DNA of 64,000 nucleotides from an uncultured Erysipelotrichaceae bacterium (GTDB lineage Bacteria; Bacillota_I; Bacilli_A; RFN20; CAG-826): NCBI GenBank assembly GCA_902800025.1, contig CADCDA010000005.1, positions 36,900 to 100,899 of the forward strand, read 5' to 3'. Shown piece by piece: positions 48,619 to 59,648 of this stretch (position 1 is its first letter; each line of letters starts with the position of its first letter). The notes under the pieces were generated by a model. It saw only the letters and a program-made list of their open reading frames with translations, ran no database searches and was not told where the DNA came from. The position numbers and the translations under genes were made by a program.

Positions 48619-48745
48619 AGAGATTTGGGCCTACCTATTGGTATGGCCTTTTATTATGTACGCTAGCGAGGGAGTTCCCCTCTTTACTTTTGTCTACACT
48701 ATGTTAATATATAGTTGGTTGTTGGCTCCTCTAGGAGCTTTTTTC
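48619..48745 (+). ncRNA. Candidate antisense antitoxin RNA
   Basis: TTGACG-17-TACTTT (48584-48612) upstream; terminator GGCTCCT-CT-AGGAGCT-TTTTT (48724-48744); convergent with the peptide ORF. Ends are approximate. Confidence 0.45.
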
Positions 48746-48806
48746 ATCTCTTCAGGAGGAGACCTACAACAACTAAGAGAACAATTAATAGAACTATCAG
48801 TTCCAT
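48744..48806 (-). CDS. 20-aa hydrophobic peptide MELIVLLIVLLVVVGLLLKR (type I toxin candidate)
   Basis: SD AAAGGA 6 nt before the ATG; single TM with basic C-terminus; too short for the ORF track. Confidence 0.7.
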   Translation of the reverse strand: MELIVLLIVLLVVVGLLLKR

Positions 48807-49053
48807 AACTATTCCTTTCTTCGTTAACATAGAAAGAAAAAGTAATTCGGAGAACACCTCTTATAGACGTGTCCATAAAAAGGCCCCTCATTTATTAAAG
48901 AGGTAAAAAATTGAAAAAATTTAATAAAATAATTTCAAGAATTTTGGTTATAAACTAGTTAATAAAAAAATATCATCAAAACCAATTATATATTTACAAT
49001 AAAAATAAAGAGTGATAGAGTGATTACACTGAAAATTACATAGGGAGGTCAAG

Positions 49054-49200
49054 ATGAGAGAAAAAGTTCTTTTGATTTGCTCGGAGTGCTTGTCTAGAAA
49101 CTATGTGACAACAGTGAATAAAGACAGCAGCAAAAAGTTAGAGTTAATGAAGTTTTGCAAAAAGTGTAATAAACAAACACTTCATAAAGCTAGCAAGTAG
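49054..49200 (+). CDS. rpmG: 50S ribosomal protein L33 (Zn-binding form)
   Basis: [17 protein letters not shown]...[17 protein letters not shown]; SD GGAGG; upstream of secE. Not in the ORF track. Confidence 0.95.
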   Translation: MREKVLLICSECLSRNYVTTVNKDSSKKLELMKFCKKCNKQTLHKASK

Positions 49201-49214
49201 TGGAGGAAATAACC

Positions 49215-49412
49215 ATGGGATTAAAGAAATTTGCAGTTGGTGTTGTTAAGGAAGCTAAACGTGTTCGTTGGCCAAAAAGAGAAGTCCTTATTCCATCAAT
49301 TATTGTCGTTATCATCATCGCTGGATTAACAGGATTACTCTTATTCGGTGAAGATGTTGCTGGTAGAAGATTAATTGAAATTTTATCTGACGCTTTTAAA
49401 GGCGCTAAATAG
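49215..49412 (+). CDS. secE: Preprotein translocase SecE
   Basis: EAKRVRWP + TM, between rpmG and nusG. Confidence 0.93.
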   Translation: MGLKKFAVGVVKEAKRVRWPKREVLIPSIIVVIIIAGLTGLLLFGEDVAGRRLIEILSDAFKGAK

Positions 49413-49424
49413 GAGGAAATAACA

Positions 49425-50048
49425 ATGGTAGATAATAGCAAGACTGCTTTTAGTGATACTAATACCGATATCGGTGAAGAAGAACAAGGTCAACGCGAAC
49501 AAAGATTAGGTGAAAAAGCGTGGTATGTTGTTTCAACATATTCCACACACGAAAGAAAAGCCGCTTACAACTTACAAAAACGTGTTGAATCAATGGGCTT
49601 AGATGATTTGATTTTCCGTATTGTGGTCGTCGAACAAGAAGTCCCAGTGATGAAAGATGGTTTACCAACTGGTAAAACCAGAATGAAAAACTTATATCCA
49701 GGATATGTTTTTGTCGAAATGATTATGACTGACTATGCTTGGTATATTGTTAGAAACACTCCAGGTGTTACCGGATTCGTTGGATCTGCTGGTAAAGGTA
49801 CAAAACCATTCCCAGTTCCAAGAGAACAAATCGAACCAGTCCTTAAGAGAATGGGTATGGTTGACGAAAGTATGTACGACAGATATGAAGTCGGTGATTA
49901 CATCAAAGTCATCCACGGTACTCTTGAAGGAACAGAAGGAAAGATTCTTTCTATTAACAAAGATACTGGTGCAGTGGAAATCGAAACCGTCTTCTTTGGT
50001 AGAACCACCAGAGTTGAAGTTGATTTCTCTGAAATCGAAAAGATCTAA
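49425..50048 (+). CDS. nusG: Transcription factor NusG
   Basis: WYVV, YPGYVFVEM, VRNTPGVTGFVG, KOW domain, FGRTT. Confidence 0.97.
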   Translation: MVDNSKTAFSDTNTDIGEEEQGQREQRLGEKAWYVVSTYSTHERKAAYNLQKRVESMGLDDLIFRIVVVEQEVPVMKDGLPTGKTRMKNLYPGYVFVEMIMTDYAWYIVRNTPGVTGFVGSAGKGTKPFPVPREQIEPVLKRMGMVDESMYDRYEVGDYIKVIHGTLEGTEGKILSINKDTGAVEIETVFFGRTTRVEVDFSEIEKI

Positions 50049-50054
50049 AACAAC

Positions 50055-50085
50055 AAAAAAGACCCTTTGGGTCTTTTATTTTTTT
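50055..50085. terminator. Bidirectional terminator
   Basis: AAAAAAGACCC-TTT-GGGTCTTTT between the convergent nusG and PIN genes. Confidence 0.8.
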
Positions 50086-50489
50086 AAATATTTGTTAATT
50101 TCTTTCGGAGTAAAGATTGGTATTCCGCAATTTTTATAATCTTTTTTGTCGCTAGTTACAATGCAGTCAAGCATTGCTTCTTTTGCCGCTTCGATTTGAA
50201 GAGAATCTTCATAATCCTTTGTTTCAGAATAAAGAGATTCAATAGCGGCATCTGCGCTTATACCAATTACCTTATCACAAATACTGTAAGTTGCTCTTTG
50301 ATATTTTTTGGATAATTCCTGATTATGAAGCATTCTATGTAAAGAATATTCGATGTCTCTCAATGACATAGAAGTCACATATATACTATTTGAGAGAGTA
50401 TAGCAATTGTGAAAAAATAACTCAGCATCGCCTTCGTCTCTTTTCAAAAAGCAATCTAAAAACACATTAGTATCTACTAAAATCCGCAT
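50076..50489 (-). CDS. PIN-domain toxin (VapC-like)
   Basis: ILVDTNVFLD, DYEDSLQ, IVTSDKKDY. Confidence 0.9.
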   Translation of the reverse strand: MRILVDTNVFLDCFLKRDEGDAELFFHNCYTLSNSIYVTSMSLRDIEYSLHRMLHNQELSKKYQRATYSICDKVIGISADAAIESLYSETKDYEDSLQIEAAKEAMLDCIVTSDKKDYKNCGIPIFTPKEINKYLKK

Positions 50490-50713
50490 TTTTTCATTAC
50501 CTCATCGCCAACAATATCTTTATAGTCTCTTCCATCATCATATTCTTTTAATGATCCAGACAATTTAAAGAAATCTTTAAAAGCTTCATCTCTTGGATTT
50601 TTTAATACTGCAATAACGTTCTTATTTTTCGTAATATAAACAGGTTCTGTTGAAGATAATTCTAAATAATGGCTCAAGTTTTGCTTTAATTCTGTTGCGG
50701 TTACATAGCACAT
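50477..50713 (-). CDS. Phd/YefM-family antitoxin
   Basis: YVTATELKQNLSHYLE....PVYITKN; SD GGAGG before the start at 50713; overlaps the toxin start. Confidence 0.9.
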   Translation of the reverse strand: MCYVTATELKQNLSHYLELSSTEPVYITKNKNVIAVLKNPRDEAFKDFFKLSGSLKEYDDGRDYKDIVGDEVMKKCGF

Positions 50714-50729
50714 ATTTGTACCTCCATAA

Positions 50730-50781
50730 TGTACAAAATTATCATAAAAAAATGTACATTTCTTTTCAATCAAAATGTACA
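50730..50781. promoter_or_regulatory. Three TGTACA palindromes (TA autoregulatory operator)
   Basis: TGTACA at 50730, 50753 and 50776, exactly 23 bp apart. Confidence 0.7.
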
Positions 50782-50803
50782 TAATTTCAATAATAAACTT
50801 TGT

Positions 50804-51478
50804 TTATTTCTTTTTTTGTTTTCCGTTGATCGCTTCTCTAAATGCAGAGATTTCTTTAGAAGTACCAACGACATAAACGGTGTCATCAGGAAGCAATGAA
50901 TCATTACCACCAGGGACGAATGATTTTGCGCCTCTACGAACTAAGACGACGTTAACACCATAAACATTTTTAGGATTCATATCTTTTAATGTCATTGGGA
51001 AGAATCCTGGATTAATAATGATGGAAACGACTGAATACTTAGCGTCTAACTTGTAGTAGTCTTGGAAATCTTCGTTACCAATACGGTTTGCTAAAGCGGT
51101 ACCAGCAGCCTTTTGAGGAGTGATAACTTCAGTAGCACCCAATTTCTTCATAATTGGGACATAGTAGTCATCATCGACACGGACGATGATATTTTTAACG
51201 CCTAATTCTCTAAGAATAACAGTAGTAAGAACACTAGCTTCTTGATTATCACCAAAAGCAACGATAGCAGCGTCGACATCAGGGATGCCTAATTCTTTTA
51301 ACGCTCTTTCGTCTGTTGAGTCAGCGATAAAAGTAGTAGGTAAGTCATTAGCGACTTCTTTTGCTACTTCTTCATTGTTATCGATAGCGATAACATCCAT
51401 TCCATTGTCGATTAATTCTTTAACAATGGAACGACCGAATTGACCTAGTCCAATAACTGCGAATGATTTGTGTGCCAT
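50804..51478 (-). CDS. ktrA: Ktr/Trk K+ uptake RCK subunit
   Basis: FAVIGLGQFG Rossmann motif, GATEVITP, TrkA-C domain. Confidence 0.9.
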   Translation of the reverse strand: MAHKSFAVIGLGQFGRSIVKELIDNGMDVIAIDNNEEVAKEVANDLPTTFIADSTDERALKELGIPDVDAAIVAFGDNQEASVLTTVILRELGVKNIIVRVDDDYYVPIMKKLGATEVITPQKAAGTALANRIGNEDFQDYYKLDAKYSVVSIIINPGFFPMTLKDMNPKNVYGVNVVLVRRGAKSFVPGGNDSLLPDDTVYVVGTSKEISAFREAINGKQKKK

Positions 51479-51493
51479 AAGGGATTCCTCCTA

Positions 51494-52876
51494 TTAACCA
51501 ATAATAACATCTGATTGTACACGTTTGAAATGGATGTTTTCTTCTCCACTCATATCTGCTTGGAAGAGTTGGAACAAGGTGATAGGACCAAGACGACCGA
51601 AGAACATTAAGATAATGATAACTATCTTACTGCCAATTTCGAGTGATGGTGTAATACCTGCAGATAATCCAACAGTGCCGAATGCAGAGAAGACTTCAAA
51701 GATCACATTTTCACTTGTTGCGAGAGGTTTACCATTTTCTAAAGTTCTAACAATAGTAAACGCAATCACAATATTGATGACGGACAAGAACACTAAAGTC
51801 ATAGCCTTTAGGATACTTGTTCTAGTATATTCACGCTTGAAAGCGACAATACTCTTTCTTTGTAAGAATCTGACCAAGCAGAGAACGATAATAAAGATTG
51901 TAGTTGTTTTAATACCACCAGCAGTGGAGATTGGTGAACCACCAATGAACATGAATAAACAGCTGATAGTTTTACCAGCAACAGATAGACTGTTTTGGTC
52001 GTAATTAGCAAAGCCTGCTGTTCTTAAAGTGACACTTTGGAATGTTGCTTCAAATGTGTTCATGTTTCCATTAAGGACATCAGTTAAACAGAAAGAAACA
52101 AATCCCGCCACTAAAAGGACACCAGTTGTCATTAAGACAATCTTTACAAAACCACTCCATTGTCTTGGGCGTTTTCTTAAGATCACAATATCGATAATTG
52201 TGATGAAAGAAATGCCACCTAAAATGATAAGAATCATAATATAGGAACACATGTAGTAGTACGCCCAGGTTGGGAGATTATAAACGATTGGATTTTCGGC
52301 AATTCTAACTAAAGAATAAGCTCCAAAAATATCAAATCCAGCGTTATTAAATGCAGAAACTGAAGTGAAAGCAGAAGCCCAAATTGCTTCAGCAGGAGTG
52401 TATTCTTTAACGTTGAAAAACACTGGTAAACCTAGCAAGAAACCCAATATTTCACTAACGAGAACAATTGAAATAACTCTTTTAACAAACTTAGAAACTC
52501 CAGCGATTGTGTTACTATTTACTGCTTGAGATAAGAACAAACGATCTTTGAATTGGAGTTTTCTTTGAAATAACGAAATAAAGAACGTAAAAATTGTAAT
52601 GAAGCCAAGACCACCAATTTGAATCATGATCATAACAATCAATTGACCAATGAAAGTTAATTCCGCTCCTATGCCATTAGCATAAGTTGATAAGCCAGTC
52701 ACGCATGTCGCAGAAGTGGCGATAAAAAGTGAGTCCATGAATTGTCCCCATTGTCCATCTTTGTGAGAAAATGGGAGTGTTAAAAGGAGTGCACCTAATA
52801 AAATCACTCCTATGAATGATAGGAGCACTAAGAAGTATGGGGAGATGGCTTTTTTGTTTTTGTTTTGTTTATTCAT
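51494..52876 (-). CDS. ktrB: Ktr/Trk K+ uptake membrane subunit
   Basis: SATCVTGL, SAFNNAGF, RTAGF, SAFGTVGLS, GRLGP. Confidence 0.92.
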   Translation of the reverse strand: MNKQNKNKKAISPYFLVLLSFIGVILLGALLLTLPFSHKDGQWGQFMDSLFIATSATCVTGLSTYANGIGAELTFIGQLIVMIMIQIGGLGFITIFTFFISLFQRKLQFKDRLFLSQAVNSNTIAGVSKFVKRVISIVLVSEILGFLLGLPVFFNVKEYTPAEAIWASAFTSVSAFNNAGFDIFGAYSLVRIAENPIVYNLPTWAYYYMCSYIMILIILGGISFITIIDIVILRKRPRQWSGFVKIVLMTTGVLLVAGFVSFCLTDVLNGNMNTFEATFQSVTLRTAGFANYDQNSLSVAGKTISCLFMFIGGSPISTAGGIKTTTIFIIVLCLVRFLQRKSIVAFKREYTRTSILKAMTLVFLSVINIVIAFTIVRTLENGKPLATSENVIFEVFSAFGTVGLSAGITPSLEIGSKIVIIILMFFGRLGPITLFQLFQADMSGEENIHFKRVQSDVIIG

Positions 52877-53161
52877 ATAAACTGTTTGTATTATACACTG
52901 ACGATTTAAAAAAGCAAATTAAGGGCATTTCAAAACTTGAAAAATGAGTGTTTTCCTTAATGATTCTACGAACTTTTGTTTTGTAAAAAAATAGTGCTTT
53001 TTTCAATCAAATTTATTAATTTATTAATAATATTTTGATGTATTCCTATAACGCATAATTTTATAAAAAATTCTCTTGCATTCGTATACACGTATTTGAT
53101 ATTCTATTCAAGCATGTTGCCTTCACGCATACGAGAGAGTGTGAATGCATATGTAAGTCCT

Positions 53162-53190
53162 GTGGAAGAGTGGTGATTCACCCGTACCAC
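53162..53190 (+). promoter_or_regulatory. L1-binding autoregulatory leader of rplK-rplA
   Basis: GTGGAAG...CCCGTACCAC hairpin upstream of the rplK SD; promoter TTGCAT-18-TATTCT at 53076-53105. Confidence 0.55.
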
Positions 53191-53225
53191 AGCACGGACA
53201 AATCTAAACATAGGAGGAAAGTCAC

Positions 53226-53639
53226 GTGAGTAAAAAAATCGCTAAAGTCTTAAAGATGGAACTTCCTGGCGGTGAAGCAAAACCAGGACCAAAACTCGCA
53301 TCTGCAGGTATTAACATGGCGAAGTTCTGTACCGACTTCAATGCTAAGACTGCTGATCGTCGTGGGGAAATCGTCCCAGTCATCATTACGGCTTATGAAG
53401 ACAAATCTTGTGATTTTGTCATCAAAACTTCTCCAGTTGCTCCATTACTTCTTAAAGCTGCTGGAATTCAAAAAGGTTCCGCTACAGGTGTTAAACAAAC
53501 TGTCGGACACATCACAAGAGCACAACTCAGAGAAATCGCTGAGTACAAATTACCAGATTTAAACGCTAATGACATTGAAGCGGCTATGAAAATCGTTGAA
53601 GGTAGTGCTCGTAACATGGGAATCGTCGTCGACGACTAA
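53226..53639 (+). CDS. rplK: 50S ribosomal protein L11
   Basis: GTG start, [24 protein letters not shown]. Confidence 0.97.
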   Translation: MSKKIAKVLKMELPGGEAKPGPKLASAGINMAKFCTDFNAKTADRRGEIVPVIITAYEDKSCDFVIKTSPVAPLLLKAAGIQKGSATGVKQTVGHITRAQLREIAEYKLPDLNANDIEAAMKIVEGSARNMGIVVDD

Positions 53640-53650
53640 TGGAGGAAACT

Positions 53651-54331
53651 ATGAAAAAGGGTAAGAAATATGTTGCTGCTTTAGAAAAAGTAGACTCCAC
53701 TAAACTCTACAGTGTTGAAGAAGCTGTCAAGCTCGTTAAAGAAACTTCCACTGTTAAATTCGATGCGACAGTCGATGTCTCATTCAAACTCAATGTCGAT
53801 CCAAAACAAGCAAATCAACAAATCAGAGGAACTCTCGTCCTTCCACACGGAAATGGTAAAACCAAAACGGTCTTAGCCATTACTGATAAAGTTGAAGACG
53901 CTAAAAACGCAGGAGCAGACTTCGTTGGTGGTCCAGAAATCATTGAAAAGATTCAAGGTGGCTGGTTTGATTACGATGTTATCGTTGCAACACCAAACAT
54001 GATGCCTCAATTAGGTAAAGTTGCTCGTGTCCTTGGTCCTAAAGGCTTAATGCCAAACCCAAAGACTGGCACTGTCAATCCTGATATCGCTCGTGCGATT
54101 AAAGAAATCAAAGCCGGTAAAGTGGAATACCGTGTCGACAAAGAAGGAAACATGCACGTTTCCATCGCTCGTGTCAGCTTTGATGAACAAAAGATTGCTG
54201 ATAACCTCAACGCCTTACTTGACGCAATCTTAAAGGCTAGACCATCAGCAGTTAAAGGTACATATGTTAAAAACTCTGTGATCCACACGACCATGGGTCC
54301 AGCAATCCACTTCACATTTAACGGTCGATAA
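53651..54331 (+). CDS. rplA: 50S ribosomal protein L1
   Basis: [33 protein letters not shown]. Confidence 0.98.
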   Translation: MKKGKKYVAALEKVDSTKLYSVEEAVKLVKETSTVKFDATVDVSFKLNVDPKQANQQIRGTLVLPHGNGKTKTVLAITDKVEDAKNAGADFVGGPEIIEKIQGGWFDYDVIVATPNMMPQLGKVARVLGPKGLMPNPKTGTVNPDIARAIKEIKAGKVEYRVDKEGNMHVSIARVSFDEQKIADNLNALLDAILKARPSAVKGTYVKNSVIHTTMGPAIHFTFNGR

Positions 54332-54348
54332 TTAACAAAGATTTCAAT

Positions 54349-54440
54349 ATACCAAAGACAGTAACGGACGTGGAGTCTTAATAATGTTACCGAGGTGATG
54401 AAAAAATACATTTTATTCTCACTGTATATTGGAGCCTCAA
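54349..54440 (+). ncRNA. L10 leader
   Basis: CCAAAGACAGTAAC...TTAA...GTTACCGAGG upstream of rplJ. Confidence 0.75.
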
Positions 54441-54473
54441 AAAACCAAACAAATTGAAAAGGAGGTCAAAAAC

Positions 54474-54962
54474 ATGAATAAGGATGTCTTAAGCGCAAAA
54501 CAAGAGATCGTTAAAGAGATTGTTACTAAAGCGCAAGCAAGTTCTGGTATTGTCATCGCTGAATATCGTGGCCTTACCGTCGCTCAAACACAAGAATTAA
54601 GACGTGCTTTAGCAGCTGAAAAAGCTACTATGAACGTTTATAAGAATTCCTTAGTTGAAAGAGCGAGTGATGAACTCGGCTATAGTGATTTAAAACAATT
54701 ACTCGAAGGTCCTAACGCTGTCTTCTTCTCTGAAGAAATCGGTGGTGGTGCCAAAGTTCTCGCCAAATATGCGAAAAGATATGGTGACTCTTTGAAAATT
54801 AAAGGTGGCGTCTTTGAAGGCAAATACGCTGACAAAGCCGGTGTCTTAGAAGTTGCAAAACTTCCAAACAAAGAGGGCATGCTTGCCATGTTATTATCGT
54901 GCTTACAAGCACCAGTCCGTCAATTTGCCTGTACAGTTAAGGCTGTTGCGGATGCAAAATAA
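54474..54962 (+). CDS. rplJ: 50S ribosomal protein L10
   Basis: EYRGLTV...ELR, VYKN, GPNA, KGG; SD AAGGAGGT. Confidence 0.97.
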   Translation: MNKDVLSAKQEIVKEIVTKAQASSGIVIAEYRGLTVAQTQELRRALAAEKATMNVYKNSLVERASDELGYSDLKQLLEGPNAVFFSEEIGGGAKVLAKYAKRYGDSLKIKGGVFEGKYADKAGVLEVAKLPNKEGMLAMLLSCLQAPVRQFACTVKAVADAK

Positions 54963-54986
54963 TGCCAATTTAGGAGGAAATGAAAA

Positions 54987-55361
54987 ATGGCTAAATTAAC
55001 AAAAGAAGAAATCGTTGCTAGCTTAAAAGAAATGACTGTTCTCGAACTCAATGAATTAGTCAAAGCAATTGAAGAAGAATTTGGTGTCACAGCCGCTGCC
55101 CCAGTCGCAGTCGCTGCTGCTCCAGCTGAAGAAGAAGAAGCAAAAGGACCAAGCGAAGTCAGCTTATTTATCAAATCTTGCGGTGCTTCCAAAGTCCAAG
55201 TTATTAAAGCAGTTCAAGCAATTACCGGTTTAGGATTAATGGATGCAAAGAAATTAGTCGACGCCGCTCCAGTTGCTGTTAAAGAACACATCTCCCCAGT
55301 CGAAGCTGAAGAGCACAAGAAAGCTCTCGAAGCCGCTGGTGCTGAATGCGAAATTAAATAA
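54987..55361 (+). CDS. rplL: 50S ribosomal protein L7/L12
   Basis: [30 protein letters not shown]. Confidence 0.98.
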   Translation: MAKLTKEEIVASLKEMTVLELNELVKAIEEEFGVTAAAPVAVAAAPAEEEEAKGPSEVSLFIKSCGASKVQVIKAVQAITGLGLMDAKKLVDAAPVAVKEHISPVEAEEHKKALEAAGAECEIK

Positions 55362-55394
55362 TTTTGCTTCCAGTTTATTTACTCTGAGGTATTA

Positions 55395-55991
55395 ATGGGT
55401 CATTACTTTGACGAAAATCCAGAGATTAGTTCGCATGTTCGCGAGATTAGTTTCACGCTTTTTGGGAAGGAGTATGCCTATTATACTGATAATGGAGTAT
55501 TTTCTAAGTCTCGGATTGATGAGGGGTCGTATATCTTTTTGAAGGTATTACTGCCCCTTCAATTAACCGGGAGAATTCTTGATTTAGGTTGTGGCTATGG
55601 TCCGATTGGACTAACCATCGCTCAAGAATCAAAAGAGGCAAGAGTTGATCTTGCCGATATTAATTCGCGCGCACTCGCTCTAGCGTCAAGGAGCGGGGAA
55701 CGACTGAATTTAAATAATCGAGTCACCTTCCTTCATAGTGACATCTTCGAAAAGATTGAAGGACCATATGATTCAATTGTTGTGAATCCACCTATTCGAG
55801 CTGGTAAAGTTGTTACCTACTCAATGTATAGCGGGAGTAAGCAATACTTAATTGATGGCGGTTCGCTATATGTGGTAATCCGAAAGAAGCAAGGGGCCGA
55901 AAGCGCTTTCAAATATCTCGAAACAGTATTTGAAAACGTTATCGTGCTTCATAAAGAAAAAGGCTATTGGATTATAAAAGCCACAAAGTGA
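55395..55991 (+). CDS. Class I SAM methyltransferase (RsmC/YbxB-like)
   Basis: GVFSK..ID.GS, LDLGCGYG, NPPIRAGK; conserved Bacilli position. Confidence 0.9.
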   Translation: MGHYFDENPEISSHVREISFTLFGKEYAYYTDNGVFSKSRIDEGSYIFLKVLLPLQLTGRILDLGCGYGPIGLTIAQESKEARVDLADINSRALALASRSGERLNLNNRVTFLHSDIFEKIEGPYDSIVVNPPIRAGKVVTYSMYSGSKQYLIDGGSLYVVIRKKQGAESAFKYLETVFENVIVLHKEKGYWIIKATK

Positions 55992-56027
55992 ACGAAGAAA
56001 ATTTTTATAGAAAAAGGAGCCATTAGA

Positions 56028-59000
56028 ATGTCTAGAAATATTACTGACCTTAGACAAATTAACAATCACCGTTATGATTACTCTAAAATTTCTGGTGATC
56101 TCCCTCTTCCAAATTTAGTGGAAATTCAAACCAAGAGTTACGCTGAATTCTTAGAAAAGGGTCTTGATGAAGTATTTAGAGAATCATTCCCAATTGAAAA
56201 CTATGTCGGTACATTAACTATCGAATACATTTCAATTAGACTTGGTGAACCAAAACATTCTTTCTTAGAATGCAAAGAAAAAGATTTAACTTATAACGTA
56301 CCAATGTATATCACAGTACGTTTAATTCATAAAGAAACAGGCGAAATCCAAGAGAGTGAAGTCTTCATGGGTGATTTACCACTTATGACAAGTAGTGGTA
56401 CATTCATCGTCAACGGTGCGGAAAGAGTTATCGTCAGCCAACTCGTCAGATCTCCAGGCGCTTATTTATCCAAGGAATTCAAAGCTGGTAAATATTTATA
56501 TGAAGCCGACTTAATTCCAGGTAGAGGTACTTGGTTACAATTTGAAAGTGATGCAAAAGACTTATTATCTGTCCGTATTGATAGACAAAGAAAGATTCAT
56601 GCGACAACCCTCTTGAGAGCGTTGGGACTTGAAACTAGTGAAGACATTGAAAAACTCTTTGGTGATAACTTCGCTTTAAGAAACACTCTTGATAAAGAAG
56701 AAAGCAAGATTAAGACTAGCAAGGCTGCTCTTGTTGATATCTTTAGAAAGATGAAACCAGGTGAACCAGTTACTGAAGAAGGTACAACCAACTTTTTAGT
56801 TCAAAGATTCTTCGATGAGAAGAGATATGACTTAGGTAGAGCTGGTAGATACAAATTTATTAAGAAACTTGGCATCTATAACCGTTTACCAGGTAGAATC
56901 CTCGCTGAAAACTTAGTTTCTGCAGAAGGTGAAATCAGATTCAAGAAAGGTTATCAATTAACCGCTGAAGATGTTGAAGCCTTAAGAAATGAAGAATTCT
57001 TCGAACAAGGTGCTCACCTTAAGAATGTCAAAATTAACGAAAAACTCGACACCAATGGTAGAGTCAATATCGTTAAGGTTTATAACAACGAAAAAGATAA
57101 GAAAGTATCTATTATCATCGGTACTGACTTAAAGAATACTTCTACTTATGTCAATATTTGCGATATCATCGCTGTTTTCTCATACTTCCTCAATGTTATG
57201 GATGGATTTGGTGATACAGACGATATCGACCACTTAGGCAATAGAAGAATTAGATGCGTTGGTGAACTCATTCAAAACCAATTCCGTGTTGGTTTAGCTA
57301 AGATGCTCAAGACTGTCCAACAAAAGATGTCGATTTCTGATTTAGGCAATGTCAAACCAAAAGCCTTAATCAATCCACGTCCTTTAGTGGCTTCTATTAG
57401 AGAATTCTTTGCAAGTTCACAATTATCTCAATTCATGGATCAAACTAATCCTCTTGCTGAATTAACAAATAAGAGAAGATTATCCGCATTAGGTCCTGGT
57501 GGTTTAACTAGAGACCGTGCGAGTACTGAAGTTCGTGACGTTCACGTTTCTCACTATGGACGTATTTGTCCAATTGAAACACCTGAAGGTCAAAACATCG
57601 GTCTTATCAATAACCTCGCTTCATACGCGAAAGTTAATAAATATGGATTTATAGAAACCCCATATCGTCCAGTCGATAAGAAAACCTGCCGTGTTTTAAG
57701 CAAGGCAGAAGATAGTGTTTATCTCACCGCTGATGAAGAATGGGATTATGTCATCGCTGAAGCGAACATCAACTTAGGTGAAAAAGGTGAAATCCTTGAC
57801 GAAGTTGTTGTCGCAAGACACCATGGCGAAAATATCCTTGCTAAAAAAGAAGAAGTCGACTTTGTCGACGTGAGCCCAAAACAAGTTGTTTCGATTGCGG
57901 CTGGTAGCATTCCATTCCTTGAAAACGATGATACCATGCGTGCTCTTATGGGTTCGAACATGCAACGTCAAGCTTTACCACTTTTGAAGCCACACGCTCC
58001 ACTCGTTGGTACTGGTCTTGAACATCAAATTGCTCGTGACTCTGGACTTGCTGTTGTCGCTGCTAATGATGGTGTTGTCACTTACACTGACTGCAGAACA
58101 ATTGAAGTTTTAGAAAAAGGTAAGAGTGAGCCTGTCACATATCACTTACAAAAATTTGAAAGAAGTAACCAAGGTACTTGTATTAACCAAGTGAGTATCG
58201 TCAAAGTTGGTGACAAAGTCAAAAAAGGACAAATCATCGCTGACGGTCCAGCTATGCAAAATGGTGATCTCGCCCTTGGTCAAAACGTCACAATCGCATT
58301 CATGACTTGGAATGGTTATAACTATGAAGACGCCGTTATCATGTCTGAAAGATTAGTGAAAGACGATGTTTATACATCAATTCATATTGAAAAATATGAT
58401 TGTGAATGCCGTAGCATTCCAAAATTAGGTGATGAAGAAATCACCGCTGATGTACCAAATGTTTCTAACGAGAGCAAAGCTCACTTAGATAAACGCGGTA
58501 TTGTCGTCGTTGGTACTGAAGTTAAAGAAGGCGATATCTTAGTTGGTAAAGTGACCCCAAGAGGTCAAACCGAACCTACACCAGAAGAAAAACTCTTAAT
58601 GGCGATCTTCGGAGAAAAGACCAATGAAGGTAAAGATGCTTCCTTACGTGTCCCACATGGTGGAGCAGGTATTGTTCTCGATGTGAAGATTCGTAAGAGA
58701 GAAGAAAAAGCCAAAGACAACATTCTCCCACCAGGAGTTAATGAAATTGTTACCGTTTATATCGTTCAAAAGAGAAAGATCAGTGAAGGTGACAAGATGT
58801 CTGGTCGTCACGGTAATAAGGGTGTTATTTCCCGTATCTTACCAGAATGCGATATGCCATTCTTACCAGATGGCACTCCAGTTGACATCATGTTAAACCC
58901 ATTAGGTGTTCCATCTCGTATGAACATCGGTCAAATTCTTGAAGTCCATTTAGGTATGGCTTTAAGTAAACTTGGTTATAAGATTGCTACCCCAGTTTTT

Positions 59001-59630
59001 GATGGCATTACTAACGAAGAAATCTTCGAATTAATGGATAAAGCTGGTATGGCTAAAGATGGTAAGACCGTCTTATATGATGGCCGTACAGGCGAACCAT
59101 TTGATGAAAGAATCAATGTTGGTGTCATGTATATGATTAAACTCGTCCACATGGTCGATGATAAATTACACGCCCGTGCGACAGGACCATATAGCTTAGT
59201 TACACAACAACCATTAGGTGGTAAAGCACAAAACGGTGGTCAAAGATTTGGTGAAATGGAAGTTTGGGCTCTTGAAGCTTATGGTGCAGCCCACATCTTA
59301 CAAGAAATCATCACTGTTAAATCTGATGACCGTGTCGGTAGAAGAAAGACCTACGAAGCAATTATTAAGAATCAACCACTTCCAAAAGCTGGTATACCAG
59401 AAGCCTTCAAGGTCTTAGTAAAAGAATTACAATCCTTATCAATGAACGTTCAACTTCTTGATGATGAAGGTAATAGTATTGATATGGACGCTTTAGCGAA
59501 AGAAGCTGACAAAGAAGAGAGAAAGATTAACACTGCTCTCCGTAACCTTGTTGGTGAAGAAAGTGGAAACGTCCAAACTGGAGTTGACGAAGATGTGAGT
59601 TTCACACCGCTCGTTGATTCTAGAGAATAG
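56028..59630 (+). CDS. rpoB: RNA polymerase beta subunit
   Basis: [48 protein letters not shown]. Confidence 0.99.
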   Translation: MSRNITDLRQINNHRYDYSKISGDLPLPNLVEIQTKSYAEFLEKGLDEVFRESFPIENYVGTLTIEYISIRLGEPKHSFLECKEKDLTYNVPMYITVRLIHKETGEIQESEVFMGDLPLMTSSGTFIVNGAERVIVSQLVRSPGAYLSKEFKAGKYLYEADLIPGRGTWLQFESDAKDLLSVRIDRQRKIHATTLLRALGLETSEDIEKLFGDNFALRNTLDKEESKIKTSKAALVDIFRKMKPGEPVTEEGTTNFLVQRFFDEKRYDLGRAGRYKFIKKLGIYNRLPGRILAENLVSAEGEIRFKKGYQLTAEDVEALRNEEFFEQGAHLKNVKINEKLDTNGRVNIVKVYNNEKDKKVSIIIGTDLKNTSTYVNICDIIAVFSYFLNVMDGFGDTDDIDHLGNRRIRCVGELIQNQFRVGLAKMLKTVQQKMSISDLGNVKPKALINPRPLVASIREFFASSQLSQFMDQTNPLAELTNKRRLSALGPGGLTRDRASTEVRDVHVSHYGRICPIETPEGQNIGLINNLASYAKVNKYGFIETPYRPVDKKTCRVLSKAEDSVYLTADEEWDYVIAEANINLGEKGEILDEVVVARHHGENILAKKEEVDFVDVSPKQVVSIAAGSIPFLENDDTMRALMGSNMQRQALPLLKPHAPLVGTGLEHQIARDSGLAVVAANDGVVTYTDCRTIEVLEKGKSEPVTYHLQKFERSNQGTCINQVSIVKVGDKVKKGQIIADGPAMQNGDLALGQNVTIAFMTWNGYNYEDAVIMSERLVKDDVYTSIHIEKYDCECRSIPKLGDEEITADVPNVSNESKAHLDKRGIVVVGTEVKEGDILVGKVTPRGQTEPTPEEKLLMAIFGEKTNEGKDASLRVPHGGAGIVLDVKIRKREEKAKDNILPPGVNEIVTVYIVQKRKISEGDKMSGRHGNKGVISRILPECDMPFLPDGTPVDIMLNPLGVPSRMNIGQILEVHLGMALSKLGYKIATPVFDGITNEEIFELMDKAGMAKDGKTVLYDGRTGEPFDERINVGVMYMIKLVHMVDDKLHARATGPYSLVTQQPLGGKAQNGGQRFGEMEVWALEAYGAAHILQEIITVKSDDRVGRRKTYEAIIKNQPLPKAGIPEAFKVLVKELQSLSMNVQLLDDEGNSIDMDALAKEADKEERKINTALRNLVGEESGNVQTGVDEDVSFTPLVDSRE

Positions 59631-59648
59631 TGAAAGGAGGAAATTACC

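Noticed and set aside
48645-48885. 6S RNA, SRP RNA, RNase P RNA or tmRNA as the explanation of the long fold-back
   Set aside because: No SRP, RNase P or tmRNA signature motifs. 6S cannot be fully excluded, but the SD-led hydrophobic ORF and internal terminator fit a type I TA locus better.
48694-48906. Track ORFs 48694-48891 (-) and 48715-48906 (+)
   Set aside because: No SD or recognisable protein features; they overlap the 20-aa ORF in other frames.
27113-54473. Upstream starts in the ORF track (27113, 29573, 31423, 42390, 44167, 49200, 50782, 53639, 54429; also 8790 and 9314)
   Set aside because: SD position, promoter position or paralog alignment favour the downstream ATGs used in the feature list.
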